The translations under genes and the position numbers were made by a program. The notes beneath the pieces were generated by a model. It saw only the letters and a program-made list of their open reading frames with translations. It made no database searches and was not told the origin of the DNA. Positions 1 to 9,855 of a DNA stretch of 52,844 nt are shown in pieces; the stretch's first letter is position 1, and each line of letters begins with the position of its first letter. The stretch comes from a virus (Duplodnaviria > Caudoviricetes): positions 1 through 52,844 of IMG/VR virus record IMGVR_UViG_3300010371_000010, one strand, 5' to 3'.

Positions 1-123
1 CGGCCCCGTAGACTTCGGGCGTTCCCGCGCCCCCTATGGTCGCGGCCCTGGCCTGAGCGTCGCGAGCGGCGGCTTGGGCGGCTTGATCCGTCTGCGCGTC
101 GAGCGCGTCGAGGCCATCCCGCA
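1..123. repeat. Exact direct repeat of 52722-52844 (circular assembly overlap)
   Basis: First 123 nt are identical to the last 123 nt, and a minus-strand reading frame continues in register across the junction. Confidence 0.97.
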
Positions 124-1693
124 GAGAGGCGGACAATTGAGCCGGATCGGCCCCCGATTGGAGCGCCTGGAGCACGCCAACCCTCGCCGTGTTCTGATCG
201 CCCCGGCGCGCGGCGAACAGTTCGGGGTTCTTGGTCGCGACGGATCGCTCGAGAGAGCCTAGCCCAACGTCTCCGGTCTGTTGGAACGTGGTTGGCGTCG
301 ATCCGGGGACGATCTCATCCGGCCCATTGGCGAGCGCGGCTTTCGCAGCGGGAAGATCGGAGGCCGCGCCAGCGATCTTTTGCCCGGCCTGCTGTTCGGC
401 AGCGGCTTGGCTGAATCGGGCAGCGAACGGCGCGAGGGCATTGCCAACGGGGCCTGGAGGCTTGGGGGCCGCCGCCTTGGCCGCCGCGAGCGTCTGCGCC
501 GTCCGGTCGGTCGTAGCCGCCATGGTGCGGTAAGCTTGGGGACTCAAGCCAGCCCGGGCCGCGGCGGCATCGAGGGCGCGAGCCTCGTTCAGTTCCCCGA
601 CGCCAGGCGCAACGATGCTAGCAATATCGCCGCCCGTCTGGATCGGGATGCGACCACCAGAAAGCGCGTTGACCGGCTTACCGAAGAGGTAGTCGAAACC
701 CGCCATGACGGGGGCGCTGAGGTACGAGATGCCGTGAGCGATCGCCTGCCCGGGGCGGGAGAGTGCGTCATCCACCGGGGCGAGGAACTTCTCGCCAGCG
801 AGCGCCGCCTGTTCGATTGGGCCCCGAGCGGGAACATTCGAGCGGTACTGCTCAAGCGGCGCCGTGAAGTCGTGCGCCAAGGCGCCGATTGCCGGGTTTA
901 CCCGCGCCGCATAGATGCCGCCAAGGCTCGTGTCCTGGGGCGTCGCTTGGGCAGGCTGAGCCGATGCGGGCGCGAAGTTGCCGTTGACATCGACCTTCGC
1001 CGCCCCAACCGGAACCGGGATGCCCGGTTGCTCCACGAAGGGATTGAGGTCCGAGCCCTGCGGTTTGGTGAGGTCGAGTTGTCCGGCCTGCTTACGGGCC
1101 AGGATCGCCTTTTCCTGCGCGGCCAGCACAGGGCGGCCGGTCGGATAGACCACTTGGCCAGACCCGGCCGGAGCATAGTCCGCCATGATCTGTTCCGGCG
1201 TCGGCATCCCGGCCTCCGAGCCGGTATCCTTCGCCGCGCCCTGCCCTCCCGAAGCGCTGCCTGCCCCTTGGCCGTACCCGCCAAGCACCTGATCGGGGGG
1301 CGGAAGCTTGTCCTGCGCCTCGCCCATGCCAGCGGTGACGCGCTGGACGTACTGTTGCGTTTCAGGGAAGGGCGGAACGCCGCCGTGATGATCCACAGCC
1401 CCCGGCCCGGCATTGTAGGCCGCCGCCGTGAGGACGGGGTCGCCGCCATACTTCTTCCAGAGCTGGCTGGCGTACTTTGCTCCGCCATTGATGCTCTGCA
1501 CCGGGTCCGCGCGGTCGCTCACGCCCATGTCGGCGGCGGTGCCGGGCATGAGTTGCGCCGGGCCGAGCGCGCCCTTGGGCGATAGGCCGGGATTGCTGAA
1601 CCCGCCTTCCCCATTGCCGATCAGGCTCAGGAAGAAGTCGGGCGGAATCCCGTTCTGCCGCGCCGCGTCGATGGCGACGGACTGGAGATCCAT
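1..1693 (-). CDS. 5' part of a large DNA-ejection protein with an N-terminal lytic transglycosylase (SLT) domain; continues across the origin to 50881 (about 1177 aa in total)
   Basis: ATG at 1693 abuts the upstream TAG. Translates MDLQSVAIDAARQNGIPPDFFLSLIGNGEGG...GALGPAQLMPGTA...AAAYNAGPG...ETQQYV (SLT motifs). In frame with ORF 50881..52623 after circularisation. Missing from the ORF track. Confidence 0.88.
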   Translation of the reverse strand, partial: MDLQSVAIDAARQNGIPPDFFLSLIGNGEGGFSNPGLSPKGALGPAQLMPGTAADMGVSDRADPVQSINGGAKYASQLWKKYGGDPVLTAAAYNAGPGAVDHHGGVPPFPETQQYVQRVTAGMGEAQDKLPPPDQVLGGYGQGAGSASGGQGAAKDTGSEAGMPTPEQIMADYAPAGSGQVVYPTGRPVLAAQEKAILARKQAGQLDLTKPQGSDLNPFVEQPGIPVPVGAAKVDVNGNFAPASAQPAQATPQDTSLGGIYAARVNPAIGALAHDFTAPLEQYRSNVPARGPIEQAALAGEKFLAPVDDALSRPGQAIAHGISYLSAPVMAGFDYLFGKPVNALSGGRIPIQTGGDIASIVAPGVGELNEARALDAAAARAGLSPQAYRTMAATTDRTAQTLAAAKAAAPKPPGPVGNALAPFAARFSQAAAEQQAGQKIAGAASDLPAAKAALANGPDEIVPGSTPTTFQQTGDVGLGSLERSVATKNPELFAARRGDQNTARVGVLQALQSGADPAQLSASLRDGLDALDAQTDQAAQAAARDAQARAATIGGAGTPEVYGA

Positions 1694-3664
1694 CTACTGC
1701 ACCAGGAAGGTCTGAGCGTAAGGCGTACCGGGACGGAAGACGCCGTAGACATGGCCGTTCGGAGCGGGCTTCGGATTGATGAAGGTCGCGGGCTTGCCGT
1801 CGATCTGCAGGCCCTGGAACGTAGGATCGGCGAACAGGGACCGTTGGCCCAGCGCCGACGCCTGCCAAGCGCGATTCAATCCGGCCTCGGAGGTGTTGCC
1901 CGAGGCGGTGTATTGGTTGGCGAACTTGGCGAAGTCCAGGTTCCGCTGATTGGTCGCCGCGATGGTCGCGAAAGTCAGCGCCGCCGCATCCCGGGGCGTC
2001 TTCAGCGACGGGATCGCATCCTTGACGAGCTCGAATTCCTTTTCGAGCCGGGGGAAGGTCGAGAAGCTGCCCCGCGTGATCTGGGGGATGAGCGTCTGGT
2101 AATAGCTGAGGTCGTTGGCCTTGGACGTATCGAACTTGATCGGCGAACTGGCCGAGATCGCGTTCAACGTCTTCTGGATCTGAAGGTTGGCCGGCGTCCA
2201 TTCGTTCGGGTTGATCGCCATGGCCGACTTGACCGCCTGCTGAGCGCTGGCGATGGCGCCTTGAAGGGCAACCTGCCGCTCTGGGCTGGCTTCCTTTTGG
2301 ATCGTATCCATCAGGGCCGCAGCGTCATGCTCGGCGAACGTCTTGGCGCCAGGGGTCTGCGAAGTGCCGACGCTCGGCGCGGGCTGGCCGGGAGCGCCTT
2401 GGGGCGAGCCTACGGCCCGGATCGGCAAGAAGTACGTGTTCCCCTGTGCATCGACGTGGAGGACGCCCTTGCTGACGGAACCGTCACTGTTGGGGATTTC
2501 CACGACTTCATAGGGCGCGGCCCCGGCGCCGTGACCGGCCGCTTCCGCCCTGGCCCGAGGCCCGGCGAATTGCACGTCAACGCCCTGCTTGGCCGCCTCC
2601 CGCGCCCGCTCCTGTTCGGCCGTGGCTTCGGGATAGCCAGCGACGTTGTGCGCGCCAGTGATCCGGCCCGAGGACGGATCGATGTTGTATTCGATCCCCT
2701 GCTCGTTCGGCCCCGCGTTGACGAACTTGCCGGTGTGCTTGTCGAAGACCAGGCCCGAGCGGGTCACGTCCATGGTTGGGAGCACGGCAGACCCCAGACT
2801 GGTGATCGCGCTTGCCATCTGGGGATTGGCGACAGCCAACAATTCCAGCGCCTGTTGCGTGCGCGGGTCCATGAGGTTCAGGCCGCCACCTTGGGGCGCG
2901 GCTGGCGGCTGTTGCGGCTGAGGCGCATAGGAAGGGCCGCCAGGGGCCGCAGGAGTCGCCACAGGAGCCGCTTGGGCCTCTGGAGCCCCGGCAGGCGCAG
3001 GGGACGCCTGGGGGGCCTCCTGGGGCTTTGGCGCTTGATCCACGCCGCCTTGTTGGGCGACTTGCATCCGGAGCTGCTGCGACTGTTCCCCGATCTTGGC
3101 GAGGTTGTCGTCGGTCGGGTCGAACTGCGCCAGTTGGTCGGCTCCGAAGCCGATCTGCGCCAGGTCGGGCGCCACGGCTTGCAGGGCAGGCTTGCGCTGA
3201 TCGTAGGGCAGGCCCTGGAGCTGGGTGCGGATGCCGTCCAGCCGGTCCAGCTTCTGCAAAGCCGCATCGGCTTGGTCCGGCGTCGGTCCAGAGGTCGCTG
3301 GCGAGGCGGCGGCCACGGGCGGCGTGGCCGAGGCCGGGGCGGCGATAGATGGCGTCGGAGCCTGGGGGAATTGGGGCGCCTGCGGGGGAATGGCGTTCGG
3401 CGCAGGCGCGTTCTGGAGCAGCCCCAGCGCGTTCTGCATCAGTTGCCGCTGGCTGCCCACATAGCGCATGTTGGCCAGCTCGGTCGCGCCCTGGATGTCC
3501 CCGGCGGCGACAAGGCCACTCTGCGCCGCATCCGGGTCAGAGGCGGCGAGGCTGAGGGCGTTCAGCCGCTGCTTTTGCAGCCCGGCTTGCAGACCGGCCT
3601 GGCGAGCCTGGATCGCTTCGCCCGCGAAGTTCGGGACGGGATTGGCGAAGACCAGATCCACCAT
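1694..3664 (-). CDS. DNA ejection/transfer protein (P22 gp20-like position)
   Basis: Start MVDLVF overlaps the upstream stop (TGATG); Ala/Gln/Pro-rich; lies between two other ejection genes. Confidence 0.7.
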   Translation of the reverse strand: MVDLVFANPVPNFAGEAIQARQAGLQAGLQKQRLNALSLAASDPDAAQSGLVAAGDIQGATELANMRYVGSQRQLMQNALGLLQNAPAPNAIPPQAPQFPQAPTPSIAAPASATPPVAAASPATSGPTPDQADAALQKLDRLDGIRTQLQGLPYDQRKPALQAVAPDLAQIGFGADQLAQFDPTDDNLAKIGEQSQQLRMQVAQQGGVDQAPKPQEAPQASPAPAGAPEAQAAPVATPAAPGGPSYAPQPQQPPAAPQGGGLNLMDPRTQQALELLAVANPQMASAITSLGSAVLPTMDVTRSGLVFDKHTGKFVNAGPNEQGIEYNIDPSSGRITGAHNVAGYPEATAEQERAREAAKQGVDVQFAGPRARAEAAGHGAGAAPYEVVEIPNSDGSVSKGVLHVDAQGNTYFLPIRAVGSPQGAPGQPAPSVGTSQTPGAKTFAEHDAAALMDTIQKEASPERQVALQGAIASAQQAVKSAMAINPNEWTPANLQIQKTLNAISASSPIKFDTSKANDLSYYQTLIPQITRGSFSTFPRLEKEFELVKDAIPSLKTPRDAAALTFATIAATNQRNLDFAKFANQYTASGNTSEAGLNRAWQASALGQRSLFADPTFQGLQIDGKPATFINPKPAPNGHVYGVFRPGTPYAQTFLVQ

Positions 3665-5589
3665 CAGACGAGCCCCGCATAACTGGAGGGAATGCCGAAG
3701 CCCTGATAGGCCGCCGCGCCCCAAGACGAGCTCGGCGCGAAGCCCTGGTTATAGCCATAGGCCGAGAGCGCATTGCCGAGCAGGCCGTTGATGTTGTTGC
3801 CGATCGAGGCGTTCGCGCCGGAGACTGCGCCGAGGGCGTTGTTGTTGTTTCCGGTCACTTGGTTGACGTAGTTGGTTCCGACGCCCGCCAAGGCGTTCGC
3901 CGCTGAAAGGCCCCGGTTCGCGAGATCGTTCTGTGAGCCGAAATAGGTGCCGAAGCCTGAACTGTTGAGCCCGTAGAGTCCGGTTTGGCCACTCAAATAG
4001 TTCTGCGCCTGTCCTGCCTTCAGGGACGCCAGGCTGGACTGGCCGGAGAGATAGTCCTGGTTCAGCCCCTGCTGCTGCGCCGCCCGGCCGGAGAGGTCGC
4101 TGAGATAGTTCTGCGCCAGGCCGTTCTGAGCGCTGTTCCGCTGATTGACCAGGTCGCTGTAGGCCGTTCCCTGGCCCTGGAGCTGCTGGCCGTAGGAGCC
4201 GAGGTTGGACAAGTAGGCTTGGCCGTAGGTCTGGCCGAGCTGCTGCCCATACTGATCGAGGGCCTTGAGCGTCGAGCCTGAATTCAGAAGGCCCCGGCTG
4301 GCGGCATTGCTCGCCGCGGCATCCGAGCCGGTCTGGAGATTGAACTTGTAGCCGGTGCTGCCGAGAAAATCCGCGAGGCCGTTGCCCCCTTGCCCCAACC
4401 CGAGGAAGTCGGACGTGGCCTGGTTGGTCTTGTCGAGGCCGGTGTTGGACAGGAAACCCTGATAACCCCCGTTCCCACGGAGCCCGAGGAGGTTGTCGTT
4501 GGCGTCCAGACCGGACTGGAGCCCGGTGTTGGCGAGGTACTTGCCGAAGCCGGAATCACCAGCGCCCTGCTGTTGCTGGGCCTGGGAGAGCACCTGCTGG
4601 ACGTTCTGGCCGCCGAGCCATTGCGCCTGTTGATCGGCGTTCGGCTGCGCCCACCGGCCCGAACTCTGATCCCAGACGTGAAGCGTGCCGCCTTGGTCGA
4701 TCCAGGGCGTGCCCGATGTGGGATTGGCCGGGGCCTGATCGCCGATGGTGATCTGCTTGCCGCCGACGTTGACGATGCCGTTCGAGATGGAGCGGGCGGC
4801 GCCTCCCGTCCCGAGGAGCGCATCTTCGGCCGAAAGGGTCGGCTGGACGCCGGAATTGCCGAGATATTCCCCGAAGGTGCTGCCGAGCTGTGAGGCGAGC
4901 GCATTGGTCGGCGCCGCCTGTCCGGTGTTGGTAAGGAACTGGCCCTCGTTGCTGCCGAGGGTGTTGGCGATGGCCTGCTGAGGGCCGCTGAGACCGGCCG
5001 CGCTTTCGAAGCTCTGGAGGCCAGGGTTGGTCGGCCCAGCCACAGGCGCGCTGATCTGCTGCTGAGCCTGTTGCAGGGCTTGCTGGGGCGTCGCGCCGCC
5101 GAGCCACTGCGATGCGGTCTGGGAATCGGCCCCGGACTGCGCCCACCGGGCCTCGCCGCCATCGTAGACGTTGAGTTGTCCGCTCGGAGTGAGCCAGGTT
5201 TGGCCCGGTGACGGGTTCGGCGGTGGTTGGTCGCCGATATAGACCTGCTTGCCGTTGACGTTCACGACGCCGGACAGCGGCTTGCCCTGTTGCGGGGCGC
5301 CAACCTCCTGCGTCAGGCCGCTGATCTGCGTCGGCATGGTGGTCAAGCCCGGCGCCTGGCCATTGCTGAAGAAGCTGGCTTGATTGGCGTTGGCGGCCTG
5401 CCCCGTCTGGATGAACGGGGATTCGATTTCCTTGTTCGACCCATAGATTTGGGCCGCCAAGGCGTTGTTCGCCGCCGCCGTGTTTTCAGCGGCGTTCTTG
5501 GTGGAGTTGGCGCTGATGACGCTCGCGCCGGCGCCGATGGCTCCAGCGCCCAAGACCGCGATTCCCGTAGGGATGGAGATGCTAGGCAA
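3664..5589 (-). CDS. DNA ejection/pilot protein (P22 gp7-like)
   Basis: N-terminal hydrophobic Gly-Ala segment, Gly/Gln/Asn-rich body, GYKFNLQTG...AASRGLLNSGSTLKAL..YGQ motif typical of this class. Confidence 0.75.
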   Translation of the reverse strand: MPSISIPTGIAVLGAGAIGAGASVISANSTKNAAENTAAANNALAAQIYGSNKEIESPFIQTGQAANANQASFFSNGQAPGLTTMPTQISGLTQEVGAPQQGKPLSGVVNVNGKQVYIGDQPPPNPSPGQTWLTPSGQLNVYDGGEARWAQSGADSQTASQWLGGATPQQALQQAQQQISAPVAGPTNPGLQSFESAAGLSGPQQAIANTLGSNEGQFLTNTGQAAPTNALASQLGSTFGEYLGNSGVQPTLSAEDALLGTGGAARSISNGIVNVGGKQITIGDQAPANPTSGTPWIDQGGTLHVWDQSSGRWAQPNADQQAQWLGGQNVQQVLSQAQQQQGAGDSGFGKYLANTGLQSGLDANDNLLGLRGNGGYQGFLSNTGLDKTNQATSDFLGLGQGGNGLADFLGSTGYKFNLQTGSDAAASNAASRGLLNSGSTLKALDQYGQQLGQTYGQAYLSNLGSYGQQLQGQGTAYSDLVNQRNSAQNGLAQNYLSDLSGRAAQQQGLNQDYLSGQSSLASLKAGQAQNYLSGQTGLYGLNSSGFGTYFGSQNDLANRGLSAANALAGVGTNYVNQVTGNNNNALGAVSGANASIGNNINGLLGNALSAYGYNQGFAPSSSWGAAAYQGFGIPSSYAGLV

Positions 5590-5592
5590 TGA

Positions 5593-6063
5593 TCAGTCTC
5601 CGATCCAAAGCGAATAGGTCCGTTGGATTTCCCTGGCGCCGCGGCGTTGGAAGAACCTGCCGATGTTGGCCCCGCGGCCCTGAACCCTGTGGTGCGGGAA
5701 GATGCATTGGACGCCGCAAGCCTTGAGGGCCCTTACCGAGGCATCGAACATCTTGGCGGCTACGAGCCCGCATCCCGGGGCGACATACCATGCCCCCTGT
5801 TGCGCGATCATCAGGCCCTCGGACTCCACATCGGGCGTGATCTGCCAGGAGAAGTAGCCCACTAGCCGATCGCCTCGCCTGGCCGACACGATTTTCAGGG
5901 CGTCGGCATCGTGGAGCGCCTGCATCAGACGGCAATCCAGTTTGAACCGGCGCTTCGGCTCCACGCCGCCATCGACCTCGAGGAAATGCGCCTCGGCCAG
6001 CGGCTTTGCTTCCTGCCAAAAGGCGTCGCTCCAGGGCTCAACCGCAATCCGAAGCTCAGGCAC
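5593..6063 (-). CDS. GNAT-like acetyltransferase in the virion module
   Basis: RLVGYF...WYVAPGCG pattern; position typical of podophage GNAT genes. Confidence 0.65.
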   Translation of the reverse strand: MPELRIAVEPWSDAFWQEAKPLAEAHFLEVDGGVEPKRRFKLDCRLMQALHDADALKIVSARRGDRLVGYFSWQITPDVESEGLMIAQQGAWYVAPGCGLVAAKMFDASVRALKACGVQCIFPHHRVQGRGANIGRFFQRRGAREIQRTYSLWIGD

Positions 6064-6613
6064 GGGCCATTTCCTGGACTGCGGCCGCCTTCAGGGCTTC
6101 AATCTGGCTTCGGTTCTGCTGAAGCCGGGCCACCCATCGGGGAAGATCGACCTGGATGTTCAGCGGGTCGAGTTGAGTCCACCAACCGGCCGGAACGTCC
6201 TCCCCGGTGCAATGCCGGTAGAGCGCGCCGCACTCCGGTTCCGTCAGTTTATCGAATTGAACCGTCAAGACGCCCGGCTCGGCGGCGATCTCCTGGAGAT
6301 GACTCCAGCGCCGCCACATCTCGGCCCTATGATCGCCCAAGCCTTGGCGCTCCAGGCTATCGGCGACCTCTCGTGGATCCCGTAGCGCCACAGCAAAGCG
6401 GCACTCGGGCAGTCGTTCTCGGATAAGCCGCCATGCGAACGCCGCCCCCGTCTCGCAGGACCCTCCAAGCGCGCTGAGCTGGTGAATAAAGTCGTCCGGG
6501 TCGGAGCATTGGGCGCCGATGTCGTGACCGACTGGCTTGCCGGGACGCGCCAGGAACACCGACAGCCAGGCCGTCCGCGACCGCGGCAGCGCGAAGACGA
6601 TGAACGGGGCCAC
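6056..6613 (-). CDS. Sulfotransferase-like/P-loop protein
   Basis: N-terminal FIVFALPRSRTAWL resembles the 5'-PSB loop; LRDPREVADSL resembles the 3'-PB motif. Confidence 0.55.
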   Translation of the reverse strand: MAPFIVFALPRSRTAWLSVFLARPGKPVGHDIGAQCSDPDDFIHQLSALGGSCETGAAFAWRLIRERLPECRFAVALRDPREVADSLERQGLGDHRAEMWRRWSHLQEIAAEPGVLTVQFDKLTEPECGALYRHCTGEDVPAGWWTQLDPLNIQVDLPRWVARLQQNRSQIEALKAAAVQEMARA

Positions 6614-6614
6614 C

Positions 6615-7157
6615 TCAGCCCCCGATCCTGACGACCTGAAAGAACGTGATCGGCCCGAAACCCAAGATCACTGTGGACCCCGTCGGCGCCCATCCATAGG
6701 CCGATAGCCCCTGGGTAGATCCGTCAAGGCTGACGAGCATGGATGCCTGCGAGGTGAACTCCGCCGCAGAGGATGCGCTGAGGTAATTGCCATAGGTCAT
6801 TGGGGACCCGCCCTCGTCGGCGATCACCGCTTGGGTTGTCTCTCCGCCCGTTCCCGTAGCGCCGAGCACTTGGAGGGTCGCGAGATAATAGCCAGCGACA
6901 GTGGGCAGGAAGATTCCCGTCGAAGTGTCGTACCAGCCGTTGGGATCGATCGGCTTATGGCCGAACTTCAAGAGGTTGTTGGCGCTGGACGTGAGCCCGG
7001 TGAAGTTGGTCCCGTTGTTGTCGACCCTGAGGACATCGCCGACACCGGCGACGCCATTCAGAGCGTCTTTGACCTGAGCATCCAGGCCCAGCATGTAGGG
7101 CGTCGGCCGCCCGTCCTTGTCCACTATCTGGCGGGACGGTTGGAGCTTTTCGAACAT
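6615..7157 (-). CDS. Tail-associated protein with a C1q/TNF-like C-terminal domain
   Basis: YDTSTGIFLPTVAGYYL...TFFQVVRIG pattern; follows the gp10-like gene. Confidence 0.5.
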   Translation of the reverse strand: MFEKLQPSRQIVDKDGRPTPYMLGLDAQVKDALNGVAGVGDVLRVDNNGTNFTGLTSSANNLLKFGHKPIDPNGWYDTSTGIFLPTVAGYYLATLQVLGATGTGGETTQAVIADEGGSPMTYGNYLSASSAAEFTSQASMLVSLDGSTQGLSAYGWAPTGSTVILGFGPITFFQVVRIGG

Positions 7158-8500
7158 CAGGCGCGGCGGGGGTTAAGCTTCACGCCGACGAAGTTGACCC
7201 ATTGGGAGTCCGAGCACTCGAACTCGAACCTACGCCCCGGAGGTTGGATCAGACCCTGCCTGCGCCATGCCGCGGTTCGGTTGACCGAGGCGACCGTCGC
7301 CCAAGTGCTCCAGCCGTCGTTGGGATTATCCCAATACCGCATGCTGACATTGGCTTCGGCAGGGGCCTTGACCAGAAGCGTGACTTGATCGCAGCGGATC
7401 GGTTCGTCATCGACCTGGACGAAGGCGGAGCCGATGCGGTTATAGGCCCCGGTGTTGGAGTCGTGGCCGCCCATCGTGGGTTCGGGCTTGTAGATGATGC
7501 CGCTCGGCCCCCCGAGGTGGGGATCGCCCTGGTTGGCGCAGTGGGTGGTTTCGATATCCCACTCCGACCATGAGCCGGTGGTGATATCGAGGACGTAGTT
7601 CGTGCCGCCGATGTTGATCGCGTAGTAGACGTGGGCATCGTAGGTCATGCCCCAGCAATGAATAGCGGTTCCCGAGAAGGCGGCGTTCTTGATCAGCTCC
7701 ACGATGCCATAACCGGCCCCGGTCTCTGGATTGACCAGCGGGACCGGCACGCTCTCAGCGCGATAGGGGATCATGTCGTCCCCGATCCACATCAGCGTGT
7801 TGTCGCAATGGACGACGGTATCGGCGCTGAGGCAGCCCCTGGAAAAGGTCCGGTTGGTGTAGCGCTGGACCGGCTGGTTCGCGTCGCCGCTGGAGTACCA
7901 GAATTCCACCGAGTTGGCGCCGAAGAAGACCAGATCGTCGCCCAAGACCGCTATCCGAACGATCTTGTCCGGCGAGGCTTCTGTATCGGAGAAGGCCAGG
8001 CCGTCTATCGTGCTGATGTCATCCAGGGCGGACCAATAGAAGGTCCCGGTCCCGTTCTTTGCGAAGTACCAGCGCCCCGCGTAGAAAGCGAAGCTGCTGG
8101 TGACCGGAAGATCGGCATCCGTGACCTGGTGGAATCCGGAGCCATCATGCCACCAGACGGCGCCCGCCGTGGCGTCCATCACGCCGACTTGCGAACTCGA
8201 AGCGTCGATTTCGCAGCGGCCCGAAGAAGTGCCCAGAGTGCCGATGGGGGTGCCCTGATCGTAAAGGGCGTTTCCGCAGACGCTCAGCGTGTCCCCATTG
8301 AGGACGCCATTGACCTTGTACATGGCGCGGATGGCGGCGGCGGCAATGGCCGCATCTTGGACCAGCGGAGGACGTGGGATCAGGGCGCTTGGAAATGGCC
8401 CCTGCGGCGTCTTCTCGTAGATCATGTTGACCAGGCGAGCGGCGTCCAGCCCTTCCTGGGTCCGCAGGTAGTACGCCGGGGAAAGCGGGATATCGACCAC
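7157..8500 (-). CDS. Packaged-DNA stabilisation / tail hub protein (P22 gp10-like)
   Basis: ARLVNM..E, EASPDKIV, FGANSVEFW, RGCLSADT motifs; beta-propeller-like; synteny. Confidence 0.8.
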   Translation of the reverse strand: MVDIPLSPAYYLRTQEGLDAARLVNMIYEKTPQGPFPSALIPRPPLVQDAAIAAAAIRAMYKVNGVLNGDTLSVCGNALYDQGTPIGTLGTSSGRCEIDASSSQVGVMDATAGAVWWHDGSGFHQVTDADLPVTSSFAFYAGRWYFAKNGTGTFYWSALDDISTIDGLAFSDTEASPDKIVRIAVLGDDLVFFGANSVEFWYSSGDANQPVQRYTNRTFSRGCLSADTVVHCDNTLMWIGDDMIPYRAESVPVPLVNPETGAGYGIVELIKNAAFSGTAIHCWGMTYDAHVYYAINIGGTNYVLDITTGSWSEWDIETTHCANQGDPHLGGPSGIIYKPEPTMGGHDSNTGAYNRIGSAFVQVDDEPIRCDQVTLLVKAPAEANVSMRYWDNPNDGWSTWATVASVNRTAAWRRQGLIQPPGRRFEFECSDSQWVNFVGVKLNPRRA

Positions 8501-8502
8501 GG

Positions 8503-9855
8503 CTAGATCTCGGCGTCGGCCGACCAATGGACCATGATGGCGTCACCCGGAGCCGAGCCCGCAGCAGTCGTGACCGTGAGCGCGAAACCCTCAGCCGAGA
8601 CGTTGGTCGCCTGTGTCGCGCCGCAGTCAGCATTGGCCGTGGCATCCCGCGCCAGGCCATTGGCCGCGCTCGGGTTATAGAGGGAGACGCTGGGGGGCTT
8701 GCGCTTGGAACGCCGGAAGCGGGGGCCACCGAGGCTGGTGGATGCGGAAGCCCCGACAACCTGGACGCCAGAATGGGCCCCGGCGCTCCCTGCGTCCTGC
8801 GCCGGCAGGGCACCCTGAACGAAGCTGTGCTCGTAATAGCGCAGACAGCGGCCCAGTTCATCCGAAAGGGGACGGGGGCGGAAGGGCGTTGCGGTCGAGC
8901 CCTCCTCGAGTTTGAAGTTCTCAAGATCGAGCGTCGCGCCCTGAGCCTGCGCGTCCTGCGACCAGACCAGCACGATCAGGTTGTTCATCGCATCGCTCGG
9001 AGAGGCCGAGCGGGAGAATCCGTCAACGGTCCCGGCCGTCAGGGACACCAGCCCGACAGCCAGGACGTTCAGATTATCGGCGGCGAAGAAGTTGCCGGTC
9101 TCGTAGGTGCTGGCGCCCCAGTTGGCGACGACGTCGCGCGTCACGGCGTCGGCCGCGCCGGTCCATTCCAGAATGGCGAAGCGGAGGACGCCCCCGGCGG
9201 ACAAAGCCGCCCGGCCCGAGAGCGTGACATGGCCCGAACGAAGATGGCGGCAATCCGCAGATTCGATGATCTGCGCCCGGCCGAGCCGTTGGGCGGAGGC
9301 TTGCGATTGTGTGAGGCGAGACGCGAAGGCCGCGCCAACTTCCGGGTCGGTGAGTTGCCCAGAACCGACCTGGCCGGATTCGGTGAGCACGTACCAGCGA
9401 TCGAAGTCGTAATCCCCGTCCCCGACCGTGGAGCGGCCCCGCTGGTTAATCGCAAACCCGCCATTGCCGAGGAGATTATCGGCCAGAGGCGCAGGCGTGT
9501 CAGGAGAGACGAGGGCTGTTCCGTCCGCCCGCTGGTAAGCAACCACCGACCAAGCCCCATCATCATCGGAAACGACGATGCAGGTATCTTCGGCGGAAGC
9601 GGTTATGCTTCCCCCGCCGGGGAGCGTCAGGTCGGCCGAGGCGATCAGCGTCGGGGAGTCCAGGAACTCCACGATCTTGAGCTTGTTCGGCTGGTTGCCG
9701 AGCGACGTGATCCGGGCCGTGCCCGCGATCTGCACATAGTTGGAGTTGGCCGACCCGATGTCGCAGGTGGTCGCCGCTTGGAGAACGACCACGGGCGCCA
9801 AGCCCACGTCATTGGTGTTGGACCCGCCCGCGCGGACAGAGACGGTGACTGCCAT
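8503..9855 (-). CDS. Tail fibre / receptor-binding protein
   Basis: NGGFAINQRG..DRWY and LEEGSTATPF..RP...EL.RCLRYYE motifs common in phage fibres. Confidence 0.7.
   Translation of the reverse strand: MAVTVSVRAGGSNTNDVGLAPVVVLQAATTCDIGSANSNYVQIAGTARITSLGNQPNKLKIVEFLDSPTLIASADLTLPGGGSITASAEDTCIVVSDDDGAWSVVAYQRADGTALVSPDTPAPLADNLLGNGGFAINQRGRSTVGDGDYDFDRWYVLTESGQVGSGQLTDPEVGAAFASRLTQSQASAQRLGRAQIIESADCRHLRSGHVTLSGRAALSAGGVLRFAILEWTGAADAVTRDVVANWGASTYETGNFFAADNLNVLAVGLVSLTAGTVDGFSRSASPSDAMNNLIVLVWSQDAQAQGATLDLENFKLEEGSTATPFRPRPLSDELGRCLRYYEHSFVQGALPAQDAGSAGAHSGVQVVGASASTSLGGPRFRRSKRKPPSVSLYNPSAANGLARDATANADCGATQATNVSAEGFALTVTTAAGSAPGDAIMVHWSADAEI

Noticed and set aside
1-123. Terminal repeat as a biological direct terminal repeat
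   Set aside because: It falls in the middle of a structural gene, far from terS; it is best explained as assembler overlap of a circular sequence.
8503-9855. Diversity-generating retroelement acting on the tail fibre
   Set aside because: No reverse transcriptase and no adenine-variant TR/VR repeat pair was seen.
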